Source: a virus (Duplodnaviria > Caudoviricetes). Taken from it: a stretch of 27,170 nt of DNA. This document shows positions 1 through 8,714 of this stretch, in pieces. The notes beneath the pieces were generated by a model. That model searched no databases. It saw nothing but the letters and a program-made list of their open reading frames with translations, and had not been told where the DNA came from. A program made the position numbers and the translations under genes. The stretch spans positions 1-27,170 of IMG/VR virus record IMGVR_UViG_3300020160_000023; one strand, written 5' to 3'. The first letter of the stretch is position 1, and each line of letters starts with the position of its first letter.

Positions 1-93
1 ACCCATCTGTCCAGCAGTAGGACTCGCAGGACGAGTAGCAGTAGTCCACGATGCGTTAGTGATGCCATTAGTACCGTTTAACGTAATAGGCAT
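1..93 (-). CDS. Tail-fibre-like protein, N-terminal fragment (runs off the window)
   Basis: Not in the ORF track. ATG at 93-91 overlaps the upstream TAA (TAATG). Reads MPITLNGTNGITNASWTTATRPASPTAGQMG; TTATRP..TAGQ resembles GTTAQRPSSATGQ in 3085..3660. Confidence 0.7.
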   Translation of the reverse strand, partial: MPITLNGTNGITNASWTTATRPASPTAGQMG

Positions 94-260
94 TATTCAC
101 TATCCGCAGGTAATGGTTGACCACCCGCCTGAACCCATTTAACGTATTCTTCAGCAGTTACTAAACAAGATTCTTGTCTGCCATCTTCCCATTCACGCCA
201 AACCACTTGAGTAGTTTGCATAGGCTGTAGTGGAAGTAATTTCCAAGTTGCTTCAATCAT
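93..260 (-). CDS. Small fibre-associated protein / putative fibre chaperone (55 aa)
   Basis: Not in the ORF track. ATGA overlap with 257..1360. MIEATWKLLPLQPMQTTQVVWREWEDGRQESCLVTAEEYVKWVQAGGQPLPADSE; the EY.KW...G..PLPAD ending is typical of small genes that follow this fibre type. Confidence 0.75.
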   Translation of the reverse strand: MIEATWKLLPLQPMQTTQVVWREWEDGRQESCLVTAEEYVKWVQAGGQPLPADSE

Positions 261-1360
261 AGTTCACATCCTGTAAATAAGATTTTGCTACTAGCAGTTG
301 AACATTGAAAATCATACAGATTATTCACAGTCATTCCACTACCGCCACTAAGACTTAATACCCCAACATTTAAACTTGCGTAATTAAATGCCTGTGTGCT
401 AAAAGAAAGACCGCTTACTGCGAATGTTCCAGAAATTGTAACTCCAGTTGGAGGAACTCTTGCTGTTACCGTAAATGGTATGGCTGCTGATGCTGTACTA
501 GCAGTAGAAAGACCACGAACCCAACCAATAAACTCAGAACCAGAACTAGAAGAATAAATATAAGCAGGTAAATACCTTTGACACAAACTCAACTCAGTCC
601 CATAAGGACGATAGTCATAAGAAGTAGCCGTAGAACCCTTTTCAAGCATTACACCAGTTAAATAGAACGTGGCACCAGAGGTTCCAACGACCGATGTTGC
701 GCCTGTGGCTGAATCGTAATCAGAACCAGCCCATGCACCTGCTGTACCGCTATACGTAGAGCCAACTCCTAAACCGAAATTAACTCTCAAACCAATTCCG
801 TTAGTTGCACCAATCCAAGTACCAGTAGTATCACCAGCAATAGTTACTGATTTTAATTCCCAAGTATTTGCAGCAGCTATAGAGTACGTAAATGGATAAG
901 AACGATTAGACGCTGAGTTTTGCAATGAGCCACCAAATGTTCCAGTTAAAGAACTACGCACCCAAAAAGATAACGTAACAGGAGCAGCTCCAGCCGCACC
1001 CCATCCTAAATCAGCAGTATTAAAGCCTTCTATATTTTGACGAATAACAAACACTTCACTAGCACCTACTGTGTAAGCAGAGGAAGAAGTAATCAAAGTA
1101 GAAAAGTTAAATCCTGTAGCAGCAACAGATGACTGAGCAGTGGTTAATTTAGAAGCAGCACCTACGATTACTTGGAATCTATCTACTGGATAATTAGTAG
1201 CGTAAGCAGACGTTACTGCTGGCGTAATAGTAGCTCCAGCCGCACCTTGAGAGATACTCATTGAACCGTTGATTAGACGATTTTTCATTCCGTACAAACC
1301 AGCAGAACTTACGCCATCACTGGTAGTCATTAAGTCTGCCACAATTGAGCCATAGGCCAT
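257..1360 (-). CDS. Tail fibre / receptor-binding protein with a carbohydrate-binding-like beta-sandwich
   Basis: 367 aa, S/T/G/A-rich. Motifs KNRLING, VDRF, QNIEG, VTLSFWV and LEKGSTATSYDYRPYGTELSLCQRY are common in aquatic phage fibres. Confidence 0.7.
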   Translation of the reverse strand: MAYGSIVADLMTTSDGVSSAGLYGMKNRLINGSMSISQGAAGATITPAVTSAYATNYPVDRFQVIVGAASKLTTAQSSVAATGFNFSTLITSSSAYTVGASEVFVIRQNIEGFNTADLGWGAAGAAPVTLSFWVRSSLTGTFGGSLQNSASNRSYPFTYSIAAANTWELKSVTIAGDTTGTWIGATNGIGLRVNFGLGVGSTYSGTAGAWAGSDYDSATGATSVVGTSGATFYLTGVMLEKGSTATSYDYRPYGTELSLCQRYLPAYIYSSSSGSEFIGWVRGLSTASTASAAIPFTVTARVPPTGVTISGTFAVSGLSFSTQAFNYASLNVGVLSLSGGSGMTVNNLYDFQCSTASSKILFTGCEL

Positions 1361-1362
1361 AG

Positions 1363-1587
1363 TTATACTCCTAACGCTGTTTTGATTTCTTCTGGCGTAG
1401 ATGCAGAATTAATCTGTGTTTGCATAGCTGCGTATTTATCTCGTATTACTTGTCTAGCTGACTCAGCAGCAGATGCTTGACTAGGAATAGTTGCTTGAAC
1501 GTCTAGAGGAGCAAATTCTTCTGATCGTTTTGCTCTACGAATATTATGAGCAATATCCTTAGCTTTGTTTACGTTAATAGTAATCAT
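1363..1587 (-). CDS. Small helical fibre-associated protein (74 aa)
   Basis: Start re-called to MITINVNKAK (ATG at 1587, ATGA overlap with the upstream stop). Lies between fibre genes. Confidence 0.7.
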   Translation of the reverse strand: MITINVNKAKDIAHNIRRAKRSEEFAPLDVQATIPSQASAAESARQVIRDKYAAMQTQINSASTPEEIKTALGV

Positions 1588-1769
1588 GCGTACTCCCAAG
1601 CATTTCTAAAAAGTCGTTCTGTAGGTATATCTGAAACATCTACAATCTTGTATTCTTTGCCAGCTGGTACGTCTTTAGCAGCAATTTGCTCAATGGTTAA
1701 ACCACATTCAGCAGCAGGAATTACGATAGCTACGCCACCGTCATCTGTTGGGTATAAAATTCTTTTCAT
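1584..1769 (-). CDS. Small fibre-associated protein (61 aa)
   Basis: GAGGA RBS. RILYPTDDGGVAIVIP...KDVPAGKEYKIVDVSDIP..R.FRNAW is a recurrent phage motif downstream of fibre genes. Confidence 0.75.
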   Translation of the reverse strand: MKRILYPTDDGGVAIVIPAAECGLTIEQIAAKDVPAGKEYKIVDVSDIPTERLFRNAWEYA

Positions 1770-1778
1770 TTTGTCCTC

Positions 1779-2324
1779 TTAACGGAAAATAGCGGCAGAA
1801 AAATTTACTGGATCTAATTGAGATGTACCTGAGCCAAATTTAACAAGAAAACGAACTTGTGTTGTTGAATAAAGAACTGTTGAAGTATTGTTAGGATAAC
1901 CAACAGATACTCCGGCGGGGTTGCTTGATAAGTTTTGGTTTGCTGTTGCTAGTGCCGCATAATTAGCATCAGGCATCGCAGTTGTAAAATTAACTGTGTA
2001 ATCACCTTCACCATTATCAGTAATAGAACTTACATTTCCGCTTGCTCTAATAGCTACTGTTCCTGTTCCGTTAAAGTTTACCCATGAGCGACATCCGTAT
2101 GCAACAGCAGCAGAACCGTAACCTGAGTTAAACGACATATTTCCGCTAAATGATCCAGTAGTACCTGAAACACCAGCAGCAAACGTAGTAGCCTGTGATG
2201 CGTCAACGCTAATAGCAGTAGAGCCTGAACCTGATCCAGTAACAATATTTAAAGTGCCACTAGTGTCAGTAGTGATTGCTGTGCCACCATTCGAGGAATT
2301 CCCCGCAACGATAGAATTGGCCAT
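1779..2324 (-). CDS. Tail fibre protein
   Basis: AGGAG RBS. Contains RSWVNFNGTGTVAIRASGNVSSITDNGEGDYTVNFTTAMPDANY, a widespread phage fibre domain. S/T/G-rich. Confidence 0.7.
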   Translation of the reverse strand: MANSIVAGNSSNGGTAITTDTSGTLNIVTGSGSGSTAISVDASQATTFAAGVSGTTGSFSGNMSFNSGYGSAAVAYGCRSWVNFNGTGTVAIRASGNVSSITDNGEGDYTVNFTTAMPDANYAALATANQNLSSNPAGVSVGYPNNTSTVLYSTTQVRFLVKFGSGTSQLDPVNFSAAIFR

Positions 2325-2326
2325 TC

Positions 2327-3073
2327 TTAACTCCTATTCTTACAATTATTGAAATGCCATCTAGGCATTGTCGCAGCACCACCAGTTTTATTGCAGTGCG
2401 GGCAGGTTATTAAATGATACTTTCTTCCTAAATGAGCATTTCTTATCTTGTCTTTTGTTTCTTGCGTATGAGGCTTTGCATTTTTATGGCTTTCCCTCAT
2501 CTTTTGTATAGCTTCTTCGGTATGTTTCATACCTTTTCTTTTGCTTGGCTTGCCAATCTTAGACAGAATCATTTTTTGCACTGATTCAGGGCTTGCTTTT
2601 ATTCCTTTATTCCAGGCAGCCTGTCCTTTTTTAAACTGAGTTTTATTCTCAACATTTTTATTAACTTTAGGAACTCGTAATTTCTGTATATGTTCTTCAG
2701 TTAACTTCTTACCTTTGTTCCAAGCAACTTGACCTTTTTTGGCAATGCTTAATTTTTTTCTTGTTTCTTCTGACATAGGGAATTTTAAATTCCCACTATC
2801 ACCACCTTGCCTAAGATTAAGACAATTAGGATTGTTTTTTATATAGTCTAAAGTTACGTATCTATTTTCAATATCAAGAATATATTTATGTTCACCAATT
2901 AACAATATTTCATATTTTAAATTACTTTTGCCATGTTTTTTAACATAACTTCTCCATCTTAGACCGCTTCCCCAATATCCATTTTGGGAAACTCCAACGT
3001 GCTTACCAACATAATATTTGCCTGACGTTACATCAGTAATTTTATATAAATGAGCAGGTCTAATATGTTCCAT
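2327..3073 (-). mobile_element. Free-standing GIY-YIG homing endonuclease with NUMOD3-type repeats
   Basis: HLY-KITDVTSGKY-YVG (GIY-YIG), YWGSG, a conserved E and NLRQGG. NUMOD3-like repeats MSEETRKKLS, HTEEAIQKMR and HTQETKDKIR, two AWNKG motifs, and C-terminal CPHC..H...C. Visibly AT-rich relative to its flanks. Start re-called to MEHIRP (3073). Confidence 0.85.
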
Positions 3074-3084
3074 AATATTGTCAA

Positions 3085-3660
3085 CTATACAACAACCCAC
3101 CTTGACCCACTAGGTACTGTTACTGTTACACCAGATGCTACCGTAATCGGGCCAGCACTCATTCCGTTCTTATTCGTAGTAATCGTGTAGTTAGCGGATA
3201 CCGTATTAGCGTTCTCGAATATCGCTCCACCACCACCGTTAGCACCACCTACAGGAGTCCAGTTACTACCATCATAAGTCTCTAGTATTGCTAAAGTTGT
3301 ATTATATCTTAGCTGACCTGTAGCTGACGATGGTCTTTGTGCGGTAGTTCCTACAGGTACTCTAACTGCTCCTGTGCTGTTTATTGCAAAGGTAGTAGGT
3401 ACGTCTATAGTTGCTGCGTTAATCGTTACTGTGGACGTTACAGTGCTTCCTATGACCGTAGTTCCTGATGCCGTTAAAGTACCAGTAACCGTAAATGGAT
3501 CGCCACTAGTACCGTCTTGCTGATCCTTTAACTGCGCCATTAGTTCACGAATAGCGTTATTGACAAGGCTAGGAGCCATGCCTTCAGCTAAGTTAATACC
3601 GTCAATATCAGTATTTGAGCTTGCTGTTGCGCTAAATTCGCTAATTTTTGTCTTTGGCAT
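3085..3660 (-). CDS. Tail-attached fibre base / adaptor protein
   Basis: First gene after the ejection cluster (P22 tailspike position). N-terminal NLAEGMAPSLVNNAIRELMAQLK, internal VPVGTTAQRP..GQLRYNTT..ETYDGSNW, C-terminal MSAGPIT..VTVPSGSRWVVV. Confidence 0.65.
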   Translation of the reverse strand: MPKTKISEFSATASSNTDIDGINLAEGMAPSLVNNAIRELMAQLKDQQDGTSGDPFTVTGTLTASGTTVIGSTVTSTVTINAATIDVPTTFAINSTGAVRVPVGTTAQRPSSATGQLRYNTTLAILETYDGSNWTPVGGANGGGGAIFENANTVSANYTITTNKNGMSAGPITVASGVTVTVPSGSRWVVV

Positions 3661-3663
3661 TTC

Positions 3664-5580
3664 TTAATCTCCAAGCAGACCTGTAGTTGTTCCAATAGCA
3701 GCAGAACTAGGAACTAATCCTACTGGCTTACGCTGCGTTCTTAATTTCAATTCTTGCAATATTCTAGCTTGCTCAATAGGATCAGTAGCAAATAATCGTT
3801 TCTGTAACTCAGCAGAAGTCTCTCCGCTAATACCTTTAGCTCTTGCTGCACCTTGTCTTAACAATTGCATCGCACCACCAGTTAATCCACCAGTAGCTAA
3901 ACTTTGAGCTACAGCAGCAGTATTTGCCAAACTTTCACTGCCAGCTAAACGCTCACCAGTTTGTGAGCCACCCATGATTGCTCTACCTGTTTTAGTCTGC
4001 TCACCTAAAGCATCAACGTATCTGACAAAGTCGTTGTACTGGTTATTGTCAGTAAAGGCATAACGTAACAATGACTTCTGTTTGTCGCTCTTAAATATCT
4101 GACGAGTAAAGTCACCGCCTTTAAAGTTTTCAAGACGAGAATTAACGTCTGACATCATGCCTAGACGGAAAGCCTCTTTTTCTGAATCATTCATCTTCTT
4201 CAGATCATCAAGGACTTCCTTGTATTCCATTCTTTGATATTTCTGACCACTCTCAAATGAAGAACGAATACGCTCGTTATCAGCAAACTCTTTATTTGCT
4301 TTAGCGTATATAGGATTCTTTTCTTTGATTAAGTCGTTAAACTCACGCTTAACATTAGAAACATCTCTACCGTAACTAGTCATCTTTCCTGTTACAGGAT
4401 CAATCTCTTTCTCTACTACTCGATCAAGACCAATCTTAATCTGGTGCAATACGTTAGTAGGAACGAACTGAGCATTACGAATCTGTTCTAAGTCAGGCAA
4501 CGTATCACCATAAACACCAGCTCGTCTTTGAGCTTCTTTATAAGCGTCTTGGAATACTGGACGCTCTACGTATTTACGGAAATCACGAGCATCTACAGCC
4601 TTCTCATAAGCTAAAGGATACTTTGCAGATGCAGCAGATTGTTGATTCTTAGCTAGGAAATCAAGGTATTCATAACCACTTACATTTTTACCAAGACCTG
4701 CACGTTTTACTAATCCACTAACAATATCGCTAGGCTGATCTATCATGCGAGACTCTAAAAATCTAGCTGTGGCAGTCTTTTCTGCTGAAGGAACCACATA
4801 AGCAGCATAAGATAAGTCCTGTAATCCTTTAGTTAAATCAGCCAATACAGGACGAGGAACGCCTAGCTTTTGTAGCTCATTTAACGCACGAGTAGCCTCA
4901 TCAGGAGTTAGATTCTCTTTGTTTAATGTATTAGCAAGTATCTTGTTTGCAGCAGTAGTTTGATCGCCAATTCCAGCAGCGTTAAGCGCATTACGAATCA
5001 TGCCTCCAGCACTTTTAGCTGCAATAGGTATAGCTCCACCCAATACACCACCAACAGCACCACCAATAGCAGTACTTTCTAACGTATTCTTTTCTGCTGT
5101 ACCTGCGCCAGTTAAAGCACCTGTAGCTGCTCCAACACCGCTACCACGAGCTATTTGACCACCTATAGTTTCACCAGTAACAGCAGCTTGTGTGGCTCCA
5201 CTAGTTCCTTTTAAAGCCTTAAACGCACCTAATGGCATAGCAATACCGCCTAATAATTCTAGCGGTGTAGCAAAGCCAGGATTATCTATATTATATTGTC
5301 CTTGCTGCGCTCTTAATCTATCTCTAATAGCTTCATACTCTTTTCCGCTAACAGCTCCAGAACGTAATGCAGCTTCTAACTCATCAGCAAAGCCAAAAGT
5401 AAGCCCTTGAGCTGCTGTTCTTGTTGTTTCTAATGCTCCAGAATAAGGAACTTTAGGTTGAAAAACTGAAGTTGCAGGAGTAGTTAATTGGCTTTTAATA
5501 ACTTGAGATATTTGTGCATCACTCATTGAGTCTGGAAACTCAACAATACCTTGTCCAGGCACTTCAATTAGTTTAGGCAT
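3664..5580 (-). CDS. Large DNA-ejection / internal virion protein (P22 gp16-like position)
   Basis: 638 aa. N-terminal VEFPDSMS, AAQGLTFGFADE and G/A-rich hydrophobic segments, then a helical charged region; ends GLLGD. Confidence 0.65.
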   Translation of the reverse strand: MPKLIEVPGQGIVEFPDSMSDAQISQVIKSQLTTPATSVFQPKVPYSGALETTRTAAQGLTFGFADELEAALRSGAVSGKEYEAIRDRLRAQQGQYNIDNPGFATPLELLGGIAMPLGAFKALKGTSGATQAAVTGETIGGQIARGSGVGAATGALTGAGTAEKNTLESTAIGGAVGGVLGGAIPIAAKSAGGMIRNALNAAGIGDQTTAANKILANTLNKENLTPDEATRALNELQKLGVPRPVLADLTKGLQDLSYAAYVVPSAEKTATARFLESRMIDQPSDIVSGLVKRAGLGKNVSGYEYLDFLAKNQQSAASAKYPLAYEKAVDARDFRKYVERPVFQDAYKEAQRRAGVYGDTLPDLEQIRNAQFVPTNVLHQIKIGLDRVVEKEIDPVTGKMTSYGRDVSNVKREFNDLIKEKNPIYAKANKEFADNERIRSSFESGQKYQRMEYKEVLDDLKKMNDSEKEAFRLGMMSDVNSRLENFKGGDFTRQIFKSDKQKSLLRYAFTDNNQYNDFVRYVDALGEQTKTGRAIMGGSQTGERLAGSESLANTAAVAQSLATGGLTGGAMQLLRQGAARAKGISGETSAELQKRLFATDPIEQARILQELKLRTQRKPVGLVPSSAAIGTTTGLLGD

Positions 5581-6980
5581 TATTCAATTCTCCCTGTGGA
5601 TTGGTTATAACGCCTTACACCACTTGGAGACGGGGCAGAAATGCCAGGTACATCTATTTTGTAATACTTAGAATATTTTTTACCTGTAGGATCGCTAGAC
5701 ATTATTTCGTAATTCTGTTGATGAGACTGAATCTTTGCTCTAGCAACCTTATCTAAACTATCTAATAACGCATTGATTTCAACTGCCGTAAAATCACGCA
5801 AGTTACCACCAGATGCACGAGCAATTAAGCCTCGCTCAAAGTCAGTAATTGCACCCTGACCTGCCATTGATTTAGCAGCATCTAATTCAAGAGCAGCTAA
5901 TTGCTGCATAGCCTGAGCTGTACGAGCCAACTTTTCTTCGGTTGTCTTGCCAGTTACTTTTAACGCTGCTGCAAACTGATCTACAGAACGAGGGACTCCA
6001 GCTTGGAATCCTTCGTAAACACCAGCCGATAAAATTGGACGTAATTTTTGTACTGCGTTAATTGTATTTACGGATGACTTAGCTTGGTTAAATGATGCTC
6101 TAGTGTCCTCAACAACACCTTTAGCAAACTCTTTCTCCATCTCTCTACTACCCATATCAATTACGGTAGCACCAGCTCTACGCTGTGCAATATTTAATTT
6201 TTGCAGCTCATCATTCAAACGCTTAGACTCATCTGCCGTTAATGGCTGAGTAAAGTCTTTATTAGGGAACAAGTAACCTGCAACCCTACGAGCTTCGTTA
6301 GTAAAGTCTTGTTGTTTACGTATAATTTCTTCTTGTTTGTCGTATGATTCAATTTGCTTTAAATTATTTTCAATCTTTTCTCTTGCAGATTTTCCTGGCA
6401 CTGATGCAAGTATTCTATTCTCAGCAAATAATCTAGCTCTCTCATCCATTGGAGCAGTTACAGTATTTGCTTGTGCTTCTGGACTTAAATTAGTTGTTTG
6501 TTGCTGCGGCATTGTCTTAGCATAAGCCTGAGTAACAGCCATATTCTCATTAATCCATTTCAATCCTTCTTTAGGATCAGCACGTAGTAACGCTACTAAT
6601 GATGGATTATTTGCTACTTCAGGAGTCTGCATAACCTTTTGAACATCTTGTTGTAACGCTAAAGCCTGATCTCTTTGCAGTTTTAATTGATCTCTTTGTA
6701 GTTGTGCTTGCTGTATCTGCTGCTGAGTCTGGAAGTTCTGCAAACCTTGCTGATACGCACCACCAGCACTCTCAAAGCCACCTGCTACTGAGCCTAGAAT
6801 GTTTTGCAATGCTGAACGTGGAGGGCCATACGCACTCATGCCTTTAGCCAATGCTAAACCTGCGCCTAGCAAACCCTGAATCTGAGCTTTCTTTTGCAGC
6901 GCAGCAGTTTCTTCAGCACCCAATAATCCTTGATAGAATTTAGGGGCTGTGCCAAATGGTGTTAAATCTTCAATTGCCAT
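5580..6980 (-). CDS. DNA-ejection / internal virion protein (gp20-like position)
   Basis: 466 aa with Q-rich coiled coil, QGLLGA twice near the N-terminus and GQGAITDFE. TAATG coupling to the next gene. Confidence 0.6.
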   Translation of the reverse strand: MAIEDLTPFGTAPKFYQGLLGAEETAALQKKAQIQGLLGAGLALAKGMSAYGPPRSALQNILGSVAGGFESAGGAYQQGLQNFQTQQQIQQAQLQRDQLKLQRDQALALQQDVQKVMQTPEVANNPSLVALLRADPKEGLKWINENMAVTQAYAKTMPQQQTTNLSPEAQANTVTAPMDERARLFAENRILASVPGKSAREKIENNLKQIESYDKQEEIIRKQQDFTNEARRVAGYLFPNKDFTQPLTADESKRLNDELQKLNIAQRRAGATVIDMGSREMEKEFAKGVVEDTRASFNQAKSSVNTINAVQKLRPILSAGVYEGFQAGVPRSVDQFAAALKVTGKTTEEKLARTAQAMQQLAALELDAAKSMAGQGAITDFERGLIARASGGNLRDFTAVEINALLDSLDKVARAKIQSHQQNYEIMSSDPTGKKYSKYYKIDVPGISAPSPSGVRRYNQSTGRIE

Positions 6981-6987
6981 ATATCAC

Positions 6988-7581
6988 CTAAATTAGTGAA
7001 ATCGGTTGACCGCCAACTACGGATTGTCTGTATGGATCTAATGATGCCATTGGATCGTAAGGCTTAACTCCACGACCTGCTTGCAAAGGCATAGAAGGAG
7101 CAGGAGAAGGCATTTGTTCTGGAGTTAATAATTCTTTAGTCGAGCTAAGTCCTGTCATCATTAGACCAGGATTTTCATAGCCAAATTTCTTCATTCCTTC
7201 AAAACCACCAGTGCCAATACCTACACCACTAGTAGATGCTGCGTTTACCATTGGTTGCGTACCTAATAGTGCTTGAGTTGAGCCTGAAACTGGAACAGCA
7301 GCAGCACTAGCAACAGTAGGTTGTGTGCCTAATAACGCACCGATAGATGGCTGAGATGCGCTTACTGCTGGTTGAGTTCCTAACAATGCACCTTGAGCGG
7401 GAGTAACTGCGCTAGCAACTCCAGGAGCAGCCACTTGAGAAGCACCATATAAAGAACCGCCTGTATATCCTGCGATACCACCAAGCAAAGCACCTTGTAA
7501 CGGATTTCTTGGCTTCATTAATGCACCAACTCCTGCACCAGCAGCAGCCAATAATTGAGGAGTTATTACCGGATCGCCCAT
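6988..7581 (-). CDS. Low-complexity ejection-like protein with ALLGTQP repeats
   Basis: 197 aa, G/A/P/S-rich. N-terminal AAAGAGVGAL...GALLGGIAG, plus three ALLGTQP repeats. Confidence 0.55.
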   Translation of the reverse strand: MGDPVITPQLLAAAGAGVGALMKPRNPLQGALLGGIAGYTGGSLYGASQVAAPGVASAVTPAQGALLGTQPAVSASQPSIGALLGTQPTVASAAAVPVSGSTQALLGTQPMVNAASTSGVGIGTGGFEGMKKFGYENPGLMMTGLSSTKELLTPEQMPSPAPSMPLQAGRGVKPYDPMASLDPYRQSVVGGQPISLI

Positions 7582-8303
7582 TATTTACCCCCTGATTGTG
7601 TAGTCGTACTAGTACCACCAGAAGGTACGCTAGTGAATAGATTCGTAAATTGCTGAAGTTTCTGTTGTGGCAACGTCTGTTCGTAGTTGTAACGATTGAT
7701 AGCATCTTGCAATGCTTTCTGTTGATACGACTCTTGACCTTGACCTACTGTCAGTAACTTCTGGATATCCATGTAGTCAGCTTGAGCATAAGCTGGCGCA
7801 CCTTGTACAGCAGCCATTTGTCTGCCACGTTCTGCCTCAGCAGATTGATACGCTAGTTGACCAGCACTTTCCGCTAGGTTACGACCAAATATGTCTTGAG
7901 CTTGACCTACCTGCTGACCCATTGCATTAGAGCCATAACGACCCATTGATGATGCTTTAGATTGCAGACCTTGTACGCCACGAGTATAAGCCTCTGTAGC
8001 TTGACGATTAGTTCCAGCTAACGCACCCTCTAGGAATGGATTAACGCCTCTACCTTGAACCGTTGAGAGATATTCTTGCTGTGCTGCTTGCTGAATCGGA
8101 GAGCCTGACATAGCTCTGGTTTGAGCTGCCTGTAATGCTGTCTGAGTAGCCTCGCTAGGAGAAACATAAGTTTGACCAGGAAAGAATGACGCACCAGGAG
8201 CTTCATACTGACGTTTAGCTTCTTCTAAACCATACGTTACATATGGCTTAATTGTGGGATCTATCCCGCTGGTTGTGGTTGAACCGCCTCCGCCTCCGCC
8301 CAT
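7581..8303 (-). CDS. DNA-ejection / pilot-like protein (gp7-like position)
   Basis: AAGGAG RBS. MGGGGGGSTTTSG N-terminus, Q/A-rich helical body, GTSTTTQSGGK C-terminus. Confidence 0.6.
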   Translation of the reverse strand: MGGGGGGSTTTSGIDPTIKPYVTYGLEEAKRQYEAPGASFFPGQTYVSPSEATQTALQAAQTRAMSGSPIQQAAQQEYLSTVQGRGVNPFLEGALAGTNRQATEAYTRGVQGLQSKASSMGRYGSNAMGQQVGQAQDIFGRNLAESAGQLAYQSAEAERGRQMAAVQGAPAYAQADYMDIQKLLTVGQGQESYQQKALQDAINRYNYEQTLPQQKLQQFTNLFTSVPSGGTSTTTQSGGK

Positions 8304-8315
8304 ATTTTTTACTCC

Positions 8316-8714
8316 TTAAATTTCGCAAATCCACTGTTTAGGCTTAAATCCGAGCTTTTTAGCCCTACGTTGCCAGCCTTGACGATGGCTAGAGAAAGTT
8401 ACATATTTTGCATTAGCTTGACTTGCCAAGCCTTTTATGTATTTTAGCCCATCTTCAACCATTTGATAATCATTTTCTAACGTCCATGCCGCCCAAACGT
8501 GTAGATGTAGTCCAGATGGCTGTAATATGAAGAAACCACCGAACCTCTGTTCCTTCAAAGCTACCCATAGAAGTGATCTATTAGAGATTAAATCTGCATA
8601 GACATCTTCTACTATCCAATCCTCTGGACTATACCCTTTGATCTGATCTAGTGGAGCTTTAATAGAAGCCCACCACTTTCTAATATCTGCTACTGGAATA
8701 TGTCGAAATTCCAT
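8316..8714 (-). CDS. Putative GNAT-like virion assembly protein (P22 gp14 / T7 gp13-like position)
   Basis: 132 aa with LHLHVWAAW and VTFSSHRQGWQRRAKKLGF. Lies between the needle-like and ejection genes. Confidence 0.55.
   Translation of the reverse strand: MEFRHIPVADIRKWWASIKAPLDQIKGYSPEDWIVEDVYADLISNRSLLWVALKEQRFGGFFILQPSGLHLHVWAAWTLENDYQMVEDGLKYIKGLASQANAKYVTFSSHRQGWQRRAKKLGFKPKQWICEI

Noticed and set aside
3079-3084. Perfect TTGACA on the minus strand just before the GIY-YIG start
   Set aside because: It lies only 5 nt before the ATG and has no -10 element at 16-18 nt spacing.
2324-3085. Group I intron carrying the GIY-YIG gene
   Set aside because: Both flanking genes have complete, natural-looking ends, and only 2-11 nt of non-coding DNA is present, leaving no room for a ribozyme core.
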